Source: Promethearchaeota archaeon (lineage in GTDB: Archaea > Asgardarchaeota > Lokiarchaeia > Sigyniarchaeales > SOKP01). From it: a stretch of DNA of 60,099 nucleotides. The stretch spans positions 1-60,099 of the forward strand of contig JBHLON010000022.1 in the NCBI GenBank assembly GCA_048940445.1. Direction: 5' to 3'. This document shows, in pieces, positions 20,991 through 31,293 of the stretch; within the stretch, counting starts at the first letter, position 1; every line of letters starts with the position of its first letter. A program made the translations under genes and the position numbers. The notes below the pieces were generated by a model, which was given only the letters and a program-made list of their open reading frames with translations, did not search any database and had not been told where the DNA came from.

Positions 20991-22418
20991 TTATCGGTTT
21001 CTTAAATAATCAATATAATTACAAAATAATGAGACGCTATTTGCTGCATCTCTTAATGTAAAAAAGTAAAGAATACGTTCTTTATGGAGTGTTTTTTTAA
21101 CTGTAGCAAATCTTTGTGATAACTCTAAGGAATCTGCTATATTTGGTAAACATATTATAAAAGGTTTATTTGTTCTTTTTTGAACTTTTATAATTCGTTT
21201 AAATACATGATTGTAGATGAAATGAGGCCATAATGGTATAATTATAATATCAATATTCGGATCATCTTTCACAATTTTAATACATTCTATAAAAATATCA
21301 ACTACAAAACCAGAAGCACCCAAATCTACTGGATTTTTGATATTTACATTTTCATAAGGTAAGATCTTGCTAAGTAGTTTCTGTGAACTCTCAGTTAATT
21401 CTGGAACTTCTAAGCTATGAGAAGAAAATAAATCAGTAGAATTTACTGAGTACCCTCCTCCAGGAGTAATGATTCCAATATTCCTTCCTTTTGGGATAAA
21501 TTTAGGATATAACAGTTCAAAGGTTTTTATTGTATTCCAAAATTGTTCGTTATCTCCCACTAAAGTAGTCCCTGTTTGTTTGGAAAGTGCATTCCATAAT
21601 CGTATATCACTTGCAATAGCACCAGTATGAGAAAATGCGGCGTTTGAACCAGCTTTAGTATAACCACCCTTCCAAATGATTACAGGTTTGACTTCTGTCG
21701 TTTGTTTAAGTTCCTTAAAGAAAACGTGACCATTCCCTGAACCAAAAGACTCCAAATAAGCAGCAATAAGCTCAGTTTTGTTATCCTTTCGAAAGTGTTT
21801 AATAAAATCGACGCAATTTAAATCTATTTGATTACCAAACGAAACACCATACCTAAGTCTTAAATCTCGTTTAGAACTAACTTCTAGTAATTGACTTAAA
21901 TGACCTCCTGATTGAGACATGAATGAAATAGATCCAGGAGTTACAGTAGGAGAGGAAAAAGAAAACGCCATCCCCGTTTCAGAATTATAAGGACCTAAAC
22001 AATTAGGACCGATGATTCTAGTTTTAGATCCTTTAATGATGCTTTTTAGGTTTTTCTCTAATTCTAAACCTCCTTTAATACTTGTTTCTGAAAAACCAGA
22101 CGAAAAAATAATTACCCATGGAATTTCTTTCTCAACACACTCTTTTAATACATTGGATACGATATCTTTTTTTACAGAGATATAGGCTGTATCTATTGAA
22201 ATGGGTATATCCAGAACAGATTTATAACATTTCCAATCAAGTACCTTATCATATTTTGGATTCACAGGATAAAAACTTGAAGTCCATTTAGAATCTTTAA
22301 ATGAATTTAAATAAAGCATAGATCCAAATCGACTTTGTTCACTTGCTCCAATAAATGCTATTGCTTTTGGATGAAAAAGAGAATCAAACTTTTCAAAAGC
22401 AAATTCTTCAGAAATCAT
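20991..22418 (-). CDS. Acyl-CoA synthetase (NDP-forming) alpha-subunit-like CoA-binding protein
   Basis: IGAS, PVNPK, IIGPNCLG, SQSGG, SHTGAIA phospho-His, NPVDL. Confidence 0.9.
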   Translation of the reverse strand: MISEEFAFEKFDSLFHPKAIAFIGASEQSRFGSMLYLNSFKDSKWTSSFYPVNPKYDKVLDWKCYKSVLDIPISIDTAYISVKKDIVSNVLKECVEKEIPWVIIFSSGFSETSIKGGLELEKNLKSIIKGSKTRIIGPNCLGPYNSETGMAFSFSSPTVTPGSISFMSQSGGHLSQLLEVSSKRDLRLRYGVSFGNQIDLNCVDFIKHFRKDNKTELIAAYLESFGSGNGHVFFKELKQTTEVKPVIIWKGGYTKAGSNAAFSHTGAIASDIRLWNALSKQTGTTLVGDNEQFWNTIKTFELLYPKFIPKGRNIGIITPGGGYSVNSTDLFSSHSLEVPELTESSQKLLSKILPYENVNIKNPVDLGASGFVVDIFIECIKIVKDDPNIDIIIIPLWPHFIYNHVFKRIIKVQKRTNKPFIICLPNIADSLELSQRFATVKKTLHKERILYFFTLRDAANSVSLFCNYIDYLRNR

Positions 22419-22606
22419 TTAGGTAAAAAAAAATTTGAATAGTTAAATTCTTTTTGTAGTTTTGTTAACACCGTACTTCACTAATTTGGCTTTTCATTAT
22501 TAAGATATTACATATTTATGTAAAAAACCAAATTTTTAATGTTAAATATAATTAAATTACCTATAATCAATCATAAAACAATTATTAAAAATAGTGAATA
22601 TAAAGA

Positions 22607-24064
22607 ATGGCAAGACCAAGTCCTTTAGATGTGTATGCCCTTCTCGACAAATCTAACTGCAAAGATTGCGGATATGATACTTGTATGGCATTTGCAACCG
22701 ATTTACTTGAGAGAAAGATAAAAGTAAAAGATTGCTCTCATTTAATGGAAAATTCAAAACAATTTAAAAATCGCGATAAACTAATTAAATTAGTAACTCC
22801 TCCCCAAAAACCAGTATCAATAGGGATGGGAGAACGTGAATGTGTGATTGGTGGAGAAGAAGTATTAATGCGACACCAACTCACATTTTACAACCCTACT
22901 GCTATTTTTATAGAAATAGCCGATGATGATCCTGATTTAGATGAAACTGCTAAATATTTGACAGATTTAAAAGTTGAAAGGATTGGCGATGTTTTAAAAA
23001 TTGACGGTATTGCACTGAGGTGTGTATCTGGAGACGTAGAACAATTCAAACTAGCTACCAGAAAATTGGTTGAGGGATCAAATTTACCAGTTATGTTATG
23101 TTCTTTGAATCCAGATATCTTATTGGCAGCAGCAGGAGAAATAAAGAATAAAAAACCGTTATTATATGCTGTAACCAAAGATTCATGGGAAAAAATCGGA
23201 ACATTTGCTGCTCAAAATAATTTACCTGTTGTGGCTGTTTCAAGTGATTTGGATGAATTAATTTCATTAAGTGCAACTTTACAAAAATTAGGAGTTAGAG
23301 AATTAGTTCTTGATCCGGGGACTTTTTACGGTCCTGGTAATTCAGGTTATACATATGATAATATAATTCAACTTAGAAAAGCAGCAATTGATAATGAAGA
23401 TAAAAATGCTGGTTGGCCGGTGATGGGAGTACCTGCGGCATATTGGAGTCAAGTTAAGATTAAAGATGACAAAGATCTTTGGCTCCATCAGTATCAAGAA
23501 GTGATCATGGCAGCGGTTATGCAATCAATCGATACATCATTAATTATACTGCATTCAGGACAAAAGAAGGAGGATATATGGGCTCTTCTCGCCCTAATGA
23601 CTTTAAGACAATCCATCTTTAGTGATCCCCGTGTATATCCCGCAGTAGATCCTGGTTTATATAAAATTGGAGAACCAGGGGATATGTCTCCTATATTTGT
23701 AACAAGTAATTATAGGATGACAAAGATTCCGGTTGAACAAGATTTACAGGGTGCTAATCTTGATTGTTGGTTATTAGTAGTTGATACAGAAGGTATTGGA
23801 ATAGAAAGCGCTGTGGCTGGGGGCCAGTTTAACGCTAGCGGCATAGCAGAAGCCGTTAAAGAATTTAAAGCTTTTGATCAAGTAAAGCATAGAATTCTGG
23901 TTCTTCCTGGAATGGCTGCCAGATTAAGTGGAGCTTTAGAAGATGAAGCAAATGCTTTTGTTGTCGTTGGTCCAAGAGATTCAAGTGGAATACCAAAATT
24001 CATTGAAACTCAATGGAAACCAGAGGAATTTATGAAAGAATTTGAATCTTGGTCAAAGGAATAA
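22607..24064 (+). CDS. cdhE: Corrinoid iron-sulfur protein large subunit (ACDS gamma)
   Basis: NCKDCGYDTCMAFA Fe-S motif, IGGEEVLMRH, FSDPR, VLPGMAA..VVVGPRDSSGIP. Confidence 0.93.
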   Translation: MARPSPLDVYALLDKSNCKDCGYDTCMAFATDLLERKIKVKDCSHLMENSKQFKNRDKLIKLVTPPQKPVSIGMGERECVIGGEEVLMRHQLTFYNPTAIFIEIADDDPDLDETAKYLTDLKVERIGDVLKIDGIALRCVSGDVEQFKLATRKLVEGSNLPVMLCSLNPDILLAAAGEIKNKKPLLYAVTKDSWEKIGTFAAQNNLPVVAVSSDLDELISLSATLQKLGVRELVLDPGTFYGPGNSGYTYDNIIQLRKAAIDNEDKNAGWPVMGVPAAYWSQVKIKDDKDLWLHQYQEVIMAAVMQSIDTSLIILHSGQKKEDIWALLALMTLRQSIFSDPRVYPAVDPGLYKIGEPGDMSPIFVTSNYRMTKIPVEQDLQGANLDCWLLVVDTEGIGIESAVAGGQFNASGIAEAVKEFKAFDQVKHRILVLPGMAARLSGALEDEANAFVVVGPRDSSGIPKFIETQWKPEEFMKEFESWSKE

Positions 24065-24092
24065 ACTTTTTTTACTTTTTTTAAAATTTTAT

Positions 24093-24755
24093 TTATTCGA
24101 GTAGACTATAAATATCAGCTAGTTTTAAGTCACTAACACTATTCAGAACTAAAAGATGTCCTATTTTTAACTTATTTAACTCAACAGCATTATGATATCC
24201 TGTTAATACTCCAATAAAAGGGCAATTTAAATTATTAGAAAGTAACACATCTTTTGGATGGTCTCCTATGACAATTAGACTCTTTTCGGGATATTTTTCC
24301 TTCAAAATTGTTTTTATTGTTGGATCTAATTTACCTAATTCCTTTCTTTCCTCAGTCTCTCCTAAAATGTAATCAAAATAATTATATATCTTTAAAATCT
24401 TTAAAATTCGCTCAGCCATTTCCTGATTTTTAGAAGTAATAACACCTAACATGAAAGAATTTCTTTTTAACAACTTTAACTTTCCTTTTACACCAGGGAT
24501 AATAATTGATTGATAAATACCATAGGATCCATAATACTCTCGAAAAGCTTTACACAATAAATCAGGGTCTATAAGAGAGACTTTACTAAACATTTCATTT
24601 AGTGGAGTTCCGATCATTCTTTCAATTTTTATTCTTTCTATTTGTGATTGCCCATATTTCTTTAGGGCATAATTAAATGAATTTACAATACCGTCTCTAT
24701 TATAAATTAAAGTATTGTCTAGATCGAAACTCAATACAATATCCTTTGTGTTCAT
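24093..24755 (-). CDS. HAD-family phosphatase
   Basis: FDLDNTL, ITSK, IGDHPKD. Confidence 0.9.
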   Translation of the reverse strand: MNTKDIVLSFDLDNTLIYNRDGIVNSFNYALKKYGQSQIERIKIERMIGTPLNEMFSKVSLIDPDLLCKAFREYYGSYGIYQSIIIPGVKGKLKLLKRNSFMLGVITSKNQEMAERILKILKIYNYFDYILGETEERKELGKLDPTIKTILKEKYPEKSLIVIGDHPKDVLLSNNLNCPFIGVLTGYHNAVELNKLKIGHLLVLNSVSDLKLADIYSLLE

Positions 24756-24816
24756 TTGCTTTAATATAGTTTTAAATGATTGAAAAATTTAAGAAAAATT
24801 TCTGATGATGAGTGTC

Positions 24817-26472
24817 TTAAGCAGTAATTTTGAACCCTTTAAAAAGTCTTAAAAGATAGTTAATTTCTTCACTTCCCCGAATAATCCTCTGTATTTCATA
24901 AGGAAACTCATGAAACTCAACATCTTTTCCTTCGATTACCCAGGTAATAATCAATTCTACCATCTCTTTGTATTTTTTCACTGTATATCCTTCAGACTCA
25001 ATTTCTGATAGAATTTTTTTGGCTTTCTCTACTTTTCCATTTAAAACTGAAGATATCGCTGCTAAAACATAAGATTGTACAATATGGGAATATCCAATCT
25101 TCTTTAGATGGGCAGCTTTATAATAGTATTTGTAGAGATTATTTATCATCTCATTAAGTAAAAAATCCTTTGCTGTATCAAGTTGCTGATAAAATTTAAT
25201 ACTCTCTAAAATAAGAGTTGCTGCTGTGTAAAATTCTTTATTTCTTAATCCTTCTTTTGCGATTATATTTAGCCCTCTTACTATTTGATTAAAAATACCA
25301 AATTTGTTAAATTCTAATCCACCTTCTATGGCTATATCATAAGCGCATAAATAACTTTCAGTTGAATCATTGACATTGTTAGCCTTCCAATAATTGTCAC
25401 CTGATTTAACATAGTGTTTATATGTCATCTCTAAATTATTTAATTCTTTAAATATAACTGCTGCATTGAAAAAATTCGTGGCAGCATCATCGAATTCTTC
25501 AATTCTTTCTAAATAATTTCCAGCTAATACAAAACAAGATGCGGATTCAAGTAGATTATTATTTATTTCTTGATAGCATAAAGCAGCTCCACGATAATAA
25601 TTTGCAATTTTTTGAAAATTCTCTTTTGTTTTTTCTAGGCTTTCAGCCAGATTGATATAAGCGCCAGCTTCTTTTTTAGCAAAATTAATATATTGATTAT
25701 CATCTTCTTTGATTTCATATAAATTTTTTAAAATTTGAGCTATTTGAGCTATAATAAGATTATCATTCTCTTCTTCAACTTTCTTAAATATATAATTAAA
25801 ATATTCAATTGCTTCTGAGATAGTTTCCTTAGATTTATCAATTTCATCTAATTCTTTGTAACAAGAAGAGATTTGCTGAAAAGAATAGGAAGATAAATCA
25901 AAATAGTAATAAGTTTTTGAAATATCTATAGTAAAATTATAATATTTATTTGCTTTTTTGAAATCTTTGATTTTGTAAAATAATTCTGCTATATTTTGAT
26001 AATTTTGAGCTAATTTTCTAGTTTCATCAAATTCTTTTAAAAGCTTGCTTTCTTGCTTTAAAAAATTAATACTATTAAGAATATTTTTCTTTTCTAATTT
26101 TATGTCCTGAAGTTTTTCAAGATAAATTTCAGCTATTCTTAGATAAATCTCAGCGATTTCATGGAGTTTTGCTTGAGATTTATAGGTAGCAATTTGATTT
26201 TCCCATAATTTTATAGAATATTTATATAATTTAGTTGAATGATTTGCATTAAAATCCTCTAAAAGTTCAGCAGCGGTATATAAAAATTCACCTGCTTCAA
26301 AATAGTCCCCAGATCCAACAATTTTATCTGCATATTCTATTGAATCTTCAATTAAACATTGAATCGTTTTATCTCGCTCGTCTTGGTTTTTAAGAGATTC
26401 TAATTTTGTTATACGCTCTCTCAGCTTTTCTATGTAATCCCCATAATCAGTATAACTATCTTCTTGAAGGAT
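24817..26472 (-). CDS. alpha-SNAP/TPR-like helical repeat protein, ~551 aa (ORF track shows only the last 203 aa)
   Basis: Same frame is stop-free for 348 codons upstream of 25428, with no ATG/GTG/TTG; repeats such as AGEFLYTAAELLE, AKLHEIAEIYLRIAEIY, AATNFFNAAVIFK. Confidence 0.75.
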   Translation of the reverse strand: MLQEDSYTDYGDYIEKLRERITKLESLKNQDERDKTIQCLIEDSIEYADKIVGSGDYFEAGEFLYTAAELLEDFNANHSTKLYKYSIKLWENQIATYKSQAKLHEIAEIYLRIAEIYLEKLQDIKLEKKNILNSINFLKQESKLLKEFDETRKLAQNYQNIAELFYKIKDFKKANKYYNFTIDISKTYYYFDLSSYSFQQISSCYKELDEIDKSKETISEAIEYFNYIFKKVEEENDNLIIAQIAQILKNLYEIKEDDNQYINFAKKEAGAYINLAESLEKTKENFQKIANYYRGAALCYQEINNNLLESASCFVLAGNYLERIEEFDDAATNFFNAAVIFKELNNLEMTYKHYVKSGDNYWKANNVNDSTESYLCAYDIAIEGGLEFNKFGIFNQIVRGLNIIAKEGLRNKEFYTAATLILESIKFYQQLDTAKDFLLNEMINNLYKYYYKAAHLKKIGYSHIVQSYVLAAISSVLNGKVEKAKKILSEIESEGYTVKKYKEMVELIITWVIEGKDVEFHEFPYEIQRIIRGSEEINYLLRLFKGFKITA

Positions 26473-26740
26473 CTATAATCAACCCTTAAGTTTATGTCAA
26501 ATTCTATGTATAAGAATTAATCTACACATAAAAAATAGATGGTTTTCTAGAAAAAGTTTTAAAACACTCCCTTGAAATCCTATAATACTAACTCATCCTT
26601 AAATTTTAATTAGAATTATTTTACATTTATGAAAATAAACACTTTTTAATTTATGGAAATAGCTTTAAATATTAAATTAGTCTTATTTATATTAATTAAA
26701 ATCATTCAATTGATTAAATTAAAATATAAGGTGTATTGAA

Positions 26741-26950
26741 ATAAAACAATTATCAGAACTCCTTGAGACCGGCATTTATGAAACTTTTAAACCAGAGAAA
26801 AAGATAACAGTTAAAGACTTGCTTAAAGAACTAAATCTAGAAGGAAAGTACTTCGGAATTCTAGTTAACTCCAAGAAGGCAACCGAGGATACAGTTATAA
26901 ACGAGACGGACGAAGTAATAATTCTCCCTCATATAGCTGGGGGGTTTTAA
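26741..26950 (+). CDS. ThiS/MoaD/SAMP beta-grasp sulfur-carrier or ubiquitin-like protein ending GGF; probable ATA start; absent from ORF track
   Basis: Translation ..KITVKDLLKELNLEGKYFGILVNSKKATEDTVINETDEVIILPHIAGGF*; AAGGTG SD-like motif at 26728-26733. Confidence 0.82.
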   Translation: MKQLSELLETGIYETFKPEKKITVKDLLKELNLEGKYFGILVNSKKATEDTVINETDEVIILPHIAGGF

Positions 26951-27010
26951 AATACTTAATTTTTTTAAAATCTATTATTTACTTTAATGATAAAGTAAGG
27001 GACAAACTAT

Positions 27011-27991
27011 TCACTTAAGTTCGATCCTCATAAGATCTTTTGCTAGGAGAGTATTAGGAAAGATTTCTTGTGCATCCTTTAATAGTTCTTCTGCATCTTC
27101 TTGATATCTTGAAGAGATATGGGTTAATATTAATTGTTTTGCATTCATCTTTCGTGCTATATTAGCAGCATCTAAAGAGGTTGAATGTTTTTTTTCTTTA
27201 GCAATATGATCTAATTCTTTTGAAAAAGTAGCTTCATGAATTAGAATATCCGAGTCTTTACCTATACTTATTAGGCTTTCACATGGGGCTGTGTCTCCTG
27301 AATAGGTAATTTTTCTGCCAGGTCGTTTAGAACCGACAATCTTTTCTTTAAATGGATTAATTATCCTCCCATTGAAATTTATTGTCTCTCCTTCTTGTAA
27401 TTTCTTCCAAAGGTGACTCGCTGGTATTCCAAGTTCTTCTGCTTTTTCAGGATTAAATTTTCCGCTCCTAGGTTTTTCTATAAATGAAAAAGCAAATGTA
27501 GGTACTGAGTGATCTACTAGAATACATTTTAACAAATACCTCTTTTTTTCAAGAATTATATTATTTTGAATATCTACTTCTTTACTTTCAGGTTCTGAAT
27601 TTAAACCAATAAATTTTAGTAATTTGTTTTGCTCATGGTCGATTTCTATTATTTTAATTGGGTAATCTGCTTTTAATCCAAGAATTTTTCTATGCATATA
27701 TAAATATAAATAAAGGTTTCTAGGGCCAAAAATTGTAATAGGGGCTGTTCGTTCAATTAATCCGAATCTAAATAGAAGTCCCGGAAGCCCTATTATATGA
27801 TCTCCATGAAAATGAGAAATTAAAATTTTTAAGGGCTTGTTAAATTTAAGATGAGCCTCATTTAATCTTCGTTGAAGATCTTCTCCACAATCAAATAAAA
27901 TTAATTCATTTTTATATTTAAGTGCAATTGAAGCTAGATTTCTTTCTCTAATAGGGATAGCCGCAGCCGAACCTAAAATAATAAGTTCCAT
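27011..27991 (-). CDS. rnz: Ribonuclease Z
   Basis: HFHGDH, GP clamp/exosite, SGDT, HEAT, HST, THIS. Confidence 0.96.
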   Translation of the reverse strand: MELIILGSAAAIPIRERNLASIALKYKNELILFDCGEDLQRRLNEAHLKFNKPLKILISHFHGDHIIGLPGLLFRFGLIERTAPITIFGPRNLYLYLYMHRKILGLKADYPIKIIEIDHEQNKLLKFIGLNSEPESKEVDIQNNIILEKKRYLLKCILVDHSVPTFAFSFIEKPRSGKFNPEKAEELGIPASHLWKKLQEGETINFNGRIINPFKEKIVGSKRPGRKITYSGDTAPCESLISIGKDSDILIHEATFSKELDHIAKEKKHSTSLDAANIARKMNAKQLILTHISSRYQEDAEELLKDAQEIFPNTLLAKDLMRIELK

Positions 27992-27992
27992 G

Positions 27993-29285
27993 TTAAGTAC
28001 TTTTCCTTAGTTGGTCAATTTCTAACCTAAGTTCCTTGTTCTGTTTAGTTAAATCTTCAATAATGGTTTTTAATTCTTCAATTCTTAATAATAGCTGAGG
28101 GTTTTCTGCTTGAGGGGTTTGAGCTTGATTTTGGGCTGTATTTCTTAATTGAGTTATGTCATTCATTAATGTTGTAATTTTCTTATCTTTCAATCCTAAC
28201 TGATTTTTAAGCTCTTCATGACTAGTTTTAATTAGGATTGCTTCATTCTTGATGGTAGCTACCTCTTGTTCTTTCGTTTTTAATTCTTTCTTTGTTTCAT
28301 CTAATTGTTGTTGTAAGAAACTAGCCATTTCTCTTTGTATTTTTAGCTTATCATCAATATCACTTTGAGAGCTTGTCTGTTTTCCTTTTGTTTTCAATTG
28401 CTCTTGAAGGATAGAAATTTGGGTCTTTGATTTATTTAACTTATCTTTTAATTCTTCTATTACTTGCTTATGTATAGAAGATTCTGCACTGTTATCAATT
28501 AAAGTCTCTTTCTCCGTTAACTTAGTTTTTTCTTTGCTAGTTAATTGAGCTGTTAACTGAACAATCTTATTTTTATAATCTTTAATTATATTATCGAATT
28601 TATCTTTATCTTTATAAATGTCTAACTTTTTTCTTAACTCATCATTTTGTCTTTTATACTTATTTAAATCATTTTGAAGGTCTTTAATAAGTTCTTTAGT
28701 TAAATCATTTTTCGATTCCGAGCTAATATTTTTTATTTCTGAATCTACTTCTGTTTTTCCTAAGTTATTTTCTAATTCCAATAATTCTGATTTTAAAGAA
28801 TCGATTTGTTCGTCTTTCTTTTGTAAGGTTTCACTTAAATCAACAACATCGGTTTTTTGACTTTTTAATCTTCTTATTATAGAATCCTGTTTGTTTATTT
28901 TGTTTTGAAGTTCTTTTACTAATGTATTAAGTGGAGCTTTTTCTCTTAACTCTTCGACTCGGATCACAGAAGAAGATTTTTCTAGGGTTTTTATAGTTTC
29001 AAGTTTCTTTTGAGCCTCAAGTTTATCTTTTCTTAAAAAGCCCATTTTATCTTTTAATTCTCTAATTTCACGATCTTTAGCTTCTAGTAGAATTTCTAAT
29101 TTTGTTTCTTTAATTTTTTTGCTTTTTTTTTTAGAAGGCTTCTCAGACATAAGATCATTCAATTTCATTATCTCTTCTTCGAGATTTTCGACTTTTTCAA
29201 CATATTTTTCAATTTCTTTATCTTTCATATCAATTTGTTTCTTGAGTTCATCAATAGCTTTCTGTAATTCTTCATCCTTGGTCAT
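27993..29285 (-). CDS. Long coiled-coil protein
   Basis: Heptad-rich K/E/Q/L sequence throughout; no ATPase motif. Confidence 0.75.
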   Translation of the reverse strand: MTKDEELQKAIDELKKQIDMKDKEIEKYVEKVENLEEEIMKLNDLMSEKPSKKKSKKIKETKLEILLEAKDREIRELKDKMGFLRKDKLEAQKKLETIKTLEKSSSVIRVEELREKAPLNTLVKELQNKINKQDSIIRRLKSQKTDVVDLSETLQKKDEQIDSLKSELLELENNLGKTEVDSEIKNISSESKNDLTKELIKDLQNDLNKYKRQNDELRKKLDIYKDKDKFDNIIKDYKNKIVQLTAQLTSKEKTKLTEKETLIDNSAESSIHKQVIEELKDKLNKSKTQISILQEQLKTKGKQTSSQSDIDDKLKIQREMASFLQQQLDETKKELKTKEQEVATIKNEAILIKTSHEELKNQLGLKDKKITTLMNDITQLRNTAQNQAQTPQAENPQLLLRIEELKTIIEDLTKQNKELRLEIDQLRKST

Positions 29286-29359
29286 AGCTAATCAAATTGT
29301 ATAATCTAGTGATTACTCCTATATATATCATCTTTTAATATATATTTTAATTTTTTTTT

Positions 29360-31273
29360 TCAATAGATTTCAAAATCTTTGATAGTAAAATTTTTTCTTA
29401 TTTTTCTTATGATAGGAACTAAACTTAAATAAGTTAGTAGGAGAAATATGATGAATAGTCCTCCTATAATCATAAAAGGAATTGAAATGTCAGGTAGATA
29501 AACTCTTTCGAATAGAAAGATTGAATTTAAGATCATACCCACCCCTAAGCTTAACAATAGAGAAGGTATTAGCACAAAAAGCGTTTCCAAGAATAAAATT
29601 CTCTTAATAACGCGATACTTTGAACCAATAGCTCTCATAATTAAGAAATCTTTTGCTTTTTCAATTATCCCTCCTCTTTGATAGCTATAGAGTGAGAGAC
29701 AGAAAATAGCAGCCATAGATAAAGTCAAAAAAAGAGGATAGATCGAGAGGATACTAATGTAATTTGAATTTTGAGCAAAGATTGAGTCAAGATTAATAAA
29801 TTTAAATTCAGATCCGAGATTATTATTAATAATGGTTTCTAAATCAGAAGTTAATGTACTATAAGAGCCCTCCTGATATTCTAATAATAATAAATTGACT
29901 GTTTGGTTGGAAAAATTTAATTCATCTCGAAAAATATCAATGTCTATATAACCGCAATAACCACTATAAAAACAATCAATTACAACACCAGAAATTTGAA
30001 ACATGTGGTTAATATCTGTTATTAACATACCTTGATTAAAAGCATAATCAAAAAAGTTATATGCCAAACCATCTCCAATCACCATATAATCGAAGGAGTT
30101 ATATGGAGTAAAAAAACTACCTTCAATTTCAAAATTTTGAATGAGGGTCATTGTATTTATACCAATTATTGGAAAATTGCCTGTTCTATGTTGCCCTACC
30201 ACATCATATCCTCCATCCTCATAGTAAATATATCCGTTTAATTCTTCTGTATTAGCAAAACTAATTAATCTTTCATCAATACTCTTAATACTACTTAAGT
30301 TGAATAATTCTCCCACGTCTGTCAAATTAAAAAGATAATCTTGCTTTAAGAAGTTGATATCCTCCGACTCCACAAGAGATTTAGGGTTTGAAAACATACC
30401 ATACATTAATGTGTAATTGTAAAGTACTTGTTTGTGTCCAATAGCAATAATATTTTTGCCTTGTGATTTATCTATCCATTCTTTCGCAGATGTACCTAAG
30501 ACTGAAATTCCTAGGATAAGAGTAAAAATAATTATAGAAAGAAATGAAAATATAACAAAATAACGCTTAAATTCGCCCTTTCTCCGTATGGTATTTAATA
30601 TCGAAATTTTGAAATTAAAGCCAATCCGAGACAACCATCTAGGAATAACTGGCAAACGCTTACTAGCATTGAACTGATATGGAATTTCTTTAGAAAAACT
30701 TTTAGCGATTTTTTGATTCCCAAACTTCCTTAAAATATAACCAGGAACAATAAGTATACCTATTAAGCATAAAATGAATAAGATTGGTAGATAGAAATAG
30801 TCAACATGAAAAAAGATCTCGCCTCCAAATGAAGTCGCAATTAATGCAAAGATTCCAAAAGAAAGCAAACCTAACAATAAACCTATCCCGAATCCTATTA
30901 GGAAAATTATATACACTTCTATCAAATAAAACCCATATAATTTTCTTGGAACGGATCCTAAAGCTCTTATAATTGCGATATCTCGCTTTTTAGATATGAC
31001 TAATGTGCAACTAATAATTATGACAAGAATGAAAGCTAATGCCATCACTAAAAAGACAATTAAGAGACTAAAGTTAGTATAAATATAACTAATACTTCCG
31101 GAGAAAAAATAAGGATTACTAAATTCATAAACAATAAAACTATCGAGTCCTGTAGAGGTTGTAAAGTAAATTAGGAAAGTAGTAACTGCTATTATCAGAA
31201 TTATCATAAATAAGTATTGAAAAGAGATTTCTTTCTTCCGATAAAAATCTTTTAAAGCAAAATCAATCGACAT
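29360..31273 (-). CDS. FtsX/MacB-family ABC permease
   Basis: KKRDIAIIRALG and DFLIMRAIG FtsX motifs, multiple TMs. Confidence 0.85.
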   Translation of the reverse strand: MSIDFALKDFYRKKEISFQYLFMIILIIAVTTFLIYFTTSTGLDSFIVYEFSNPYFFSGSISYIYTNFSLLIVFLVMALAFILVIIISCTLVISKKRDIAIIRALGSVPRKLYGFYLIEVYIIFLIGFGIGLLLGLLSFGIFALIATSFGGEIFFHVDYFYLPILFILCLIGILIVPGYILRKFGNQKIAKSFSKEIPYQFNASKRLPVIPRWLSRIGFNFKISILNTIRRKGEFKRYFVIFSFLSIIIFTLILGISVLGTSAKEWIDKSQGKNIIAIGHKQVLYNYTLMYGMFSNPKSLVESEDINFLKQDYLFNLTDVGELFNLSSIKSIDERLISFANTEELNGYIYYEDGGYDVVGQHRTGNFPIIGINTMTLIQNFEIEGSFFTPYNSFDYMVIGDGLAYNFFDYAFNQGMLITDINHMFQISGVVIDCFYSGYCGYIDIDIFRDELNFSNQTVNLLLLEYQEGSYSTLTSDLETIINNNLGSEFKFINLDSIFAQNSNYISILSIYPLFLTLSMAAIFCLSLYSYQRGGIIEKAKDFLIMRAIGSKYRVIKRILFLETLFVLIPSLLLSLGVGMILNSIFLFERVYLPDISIPFMIIGGLFIIFLLLTYLSLVPIIRKIRKNFTIKDFEIY

Positions 31274-31293
31274 AAATTAATAACCAACTAATT

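Noticed and set aside
22607-24064. Complete ACDS/Wood-Ljungdahl operon
   Set aside because: Only cdhE is here; the CooS 24 kb away is atypical and not linked
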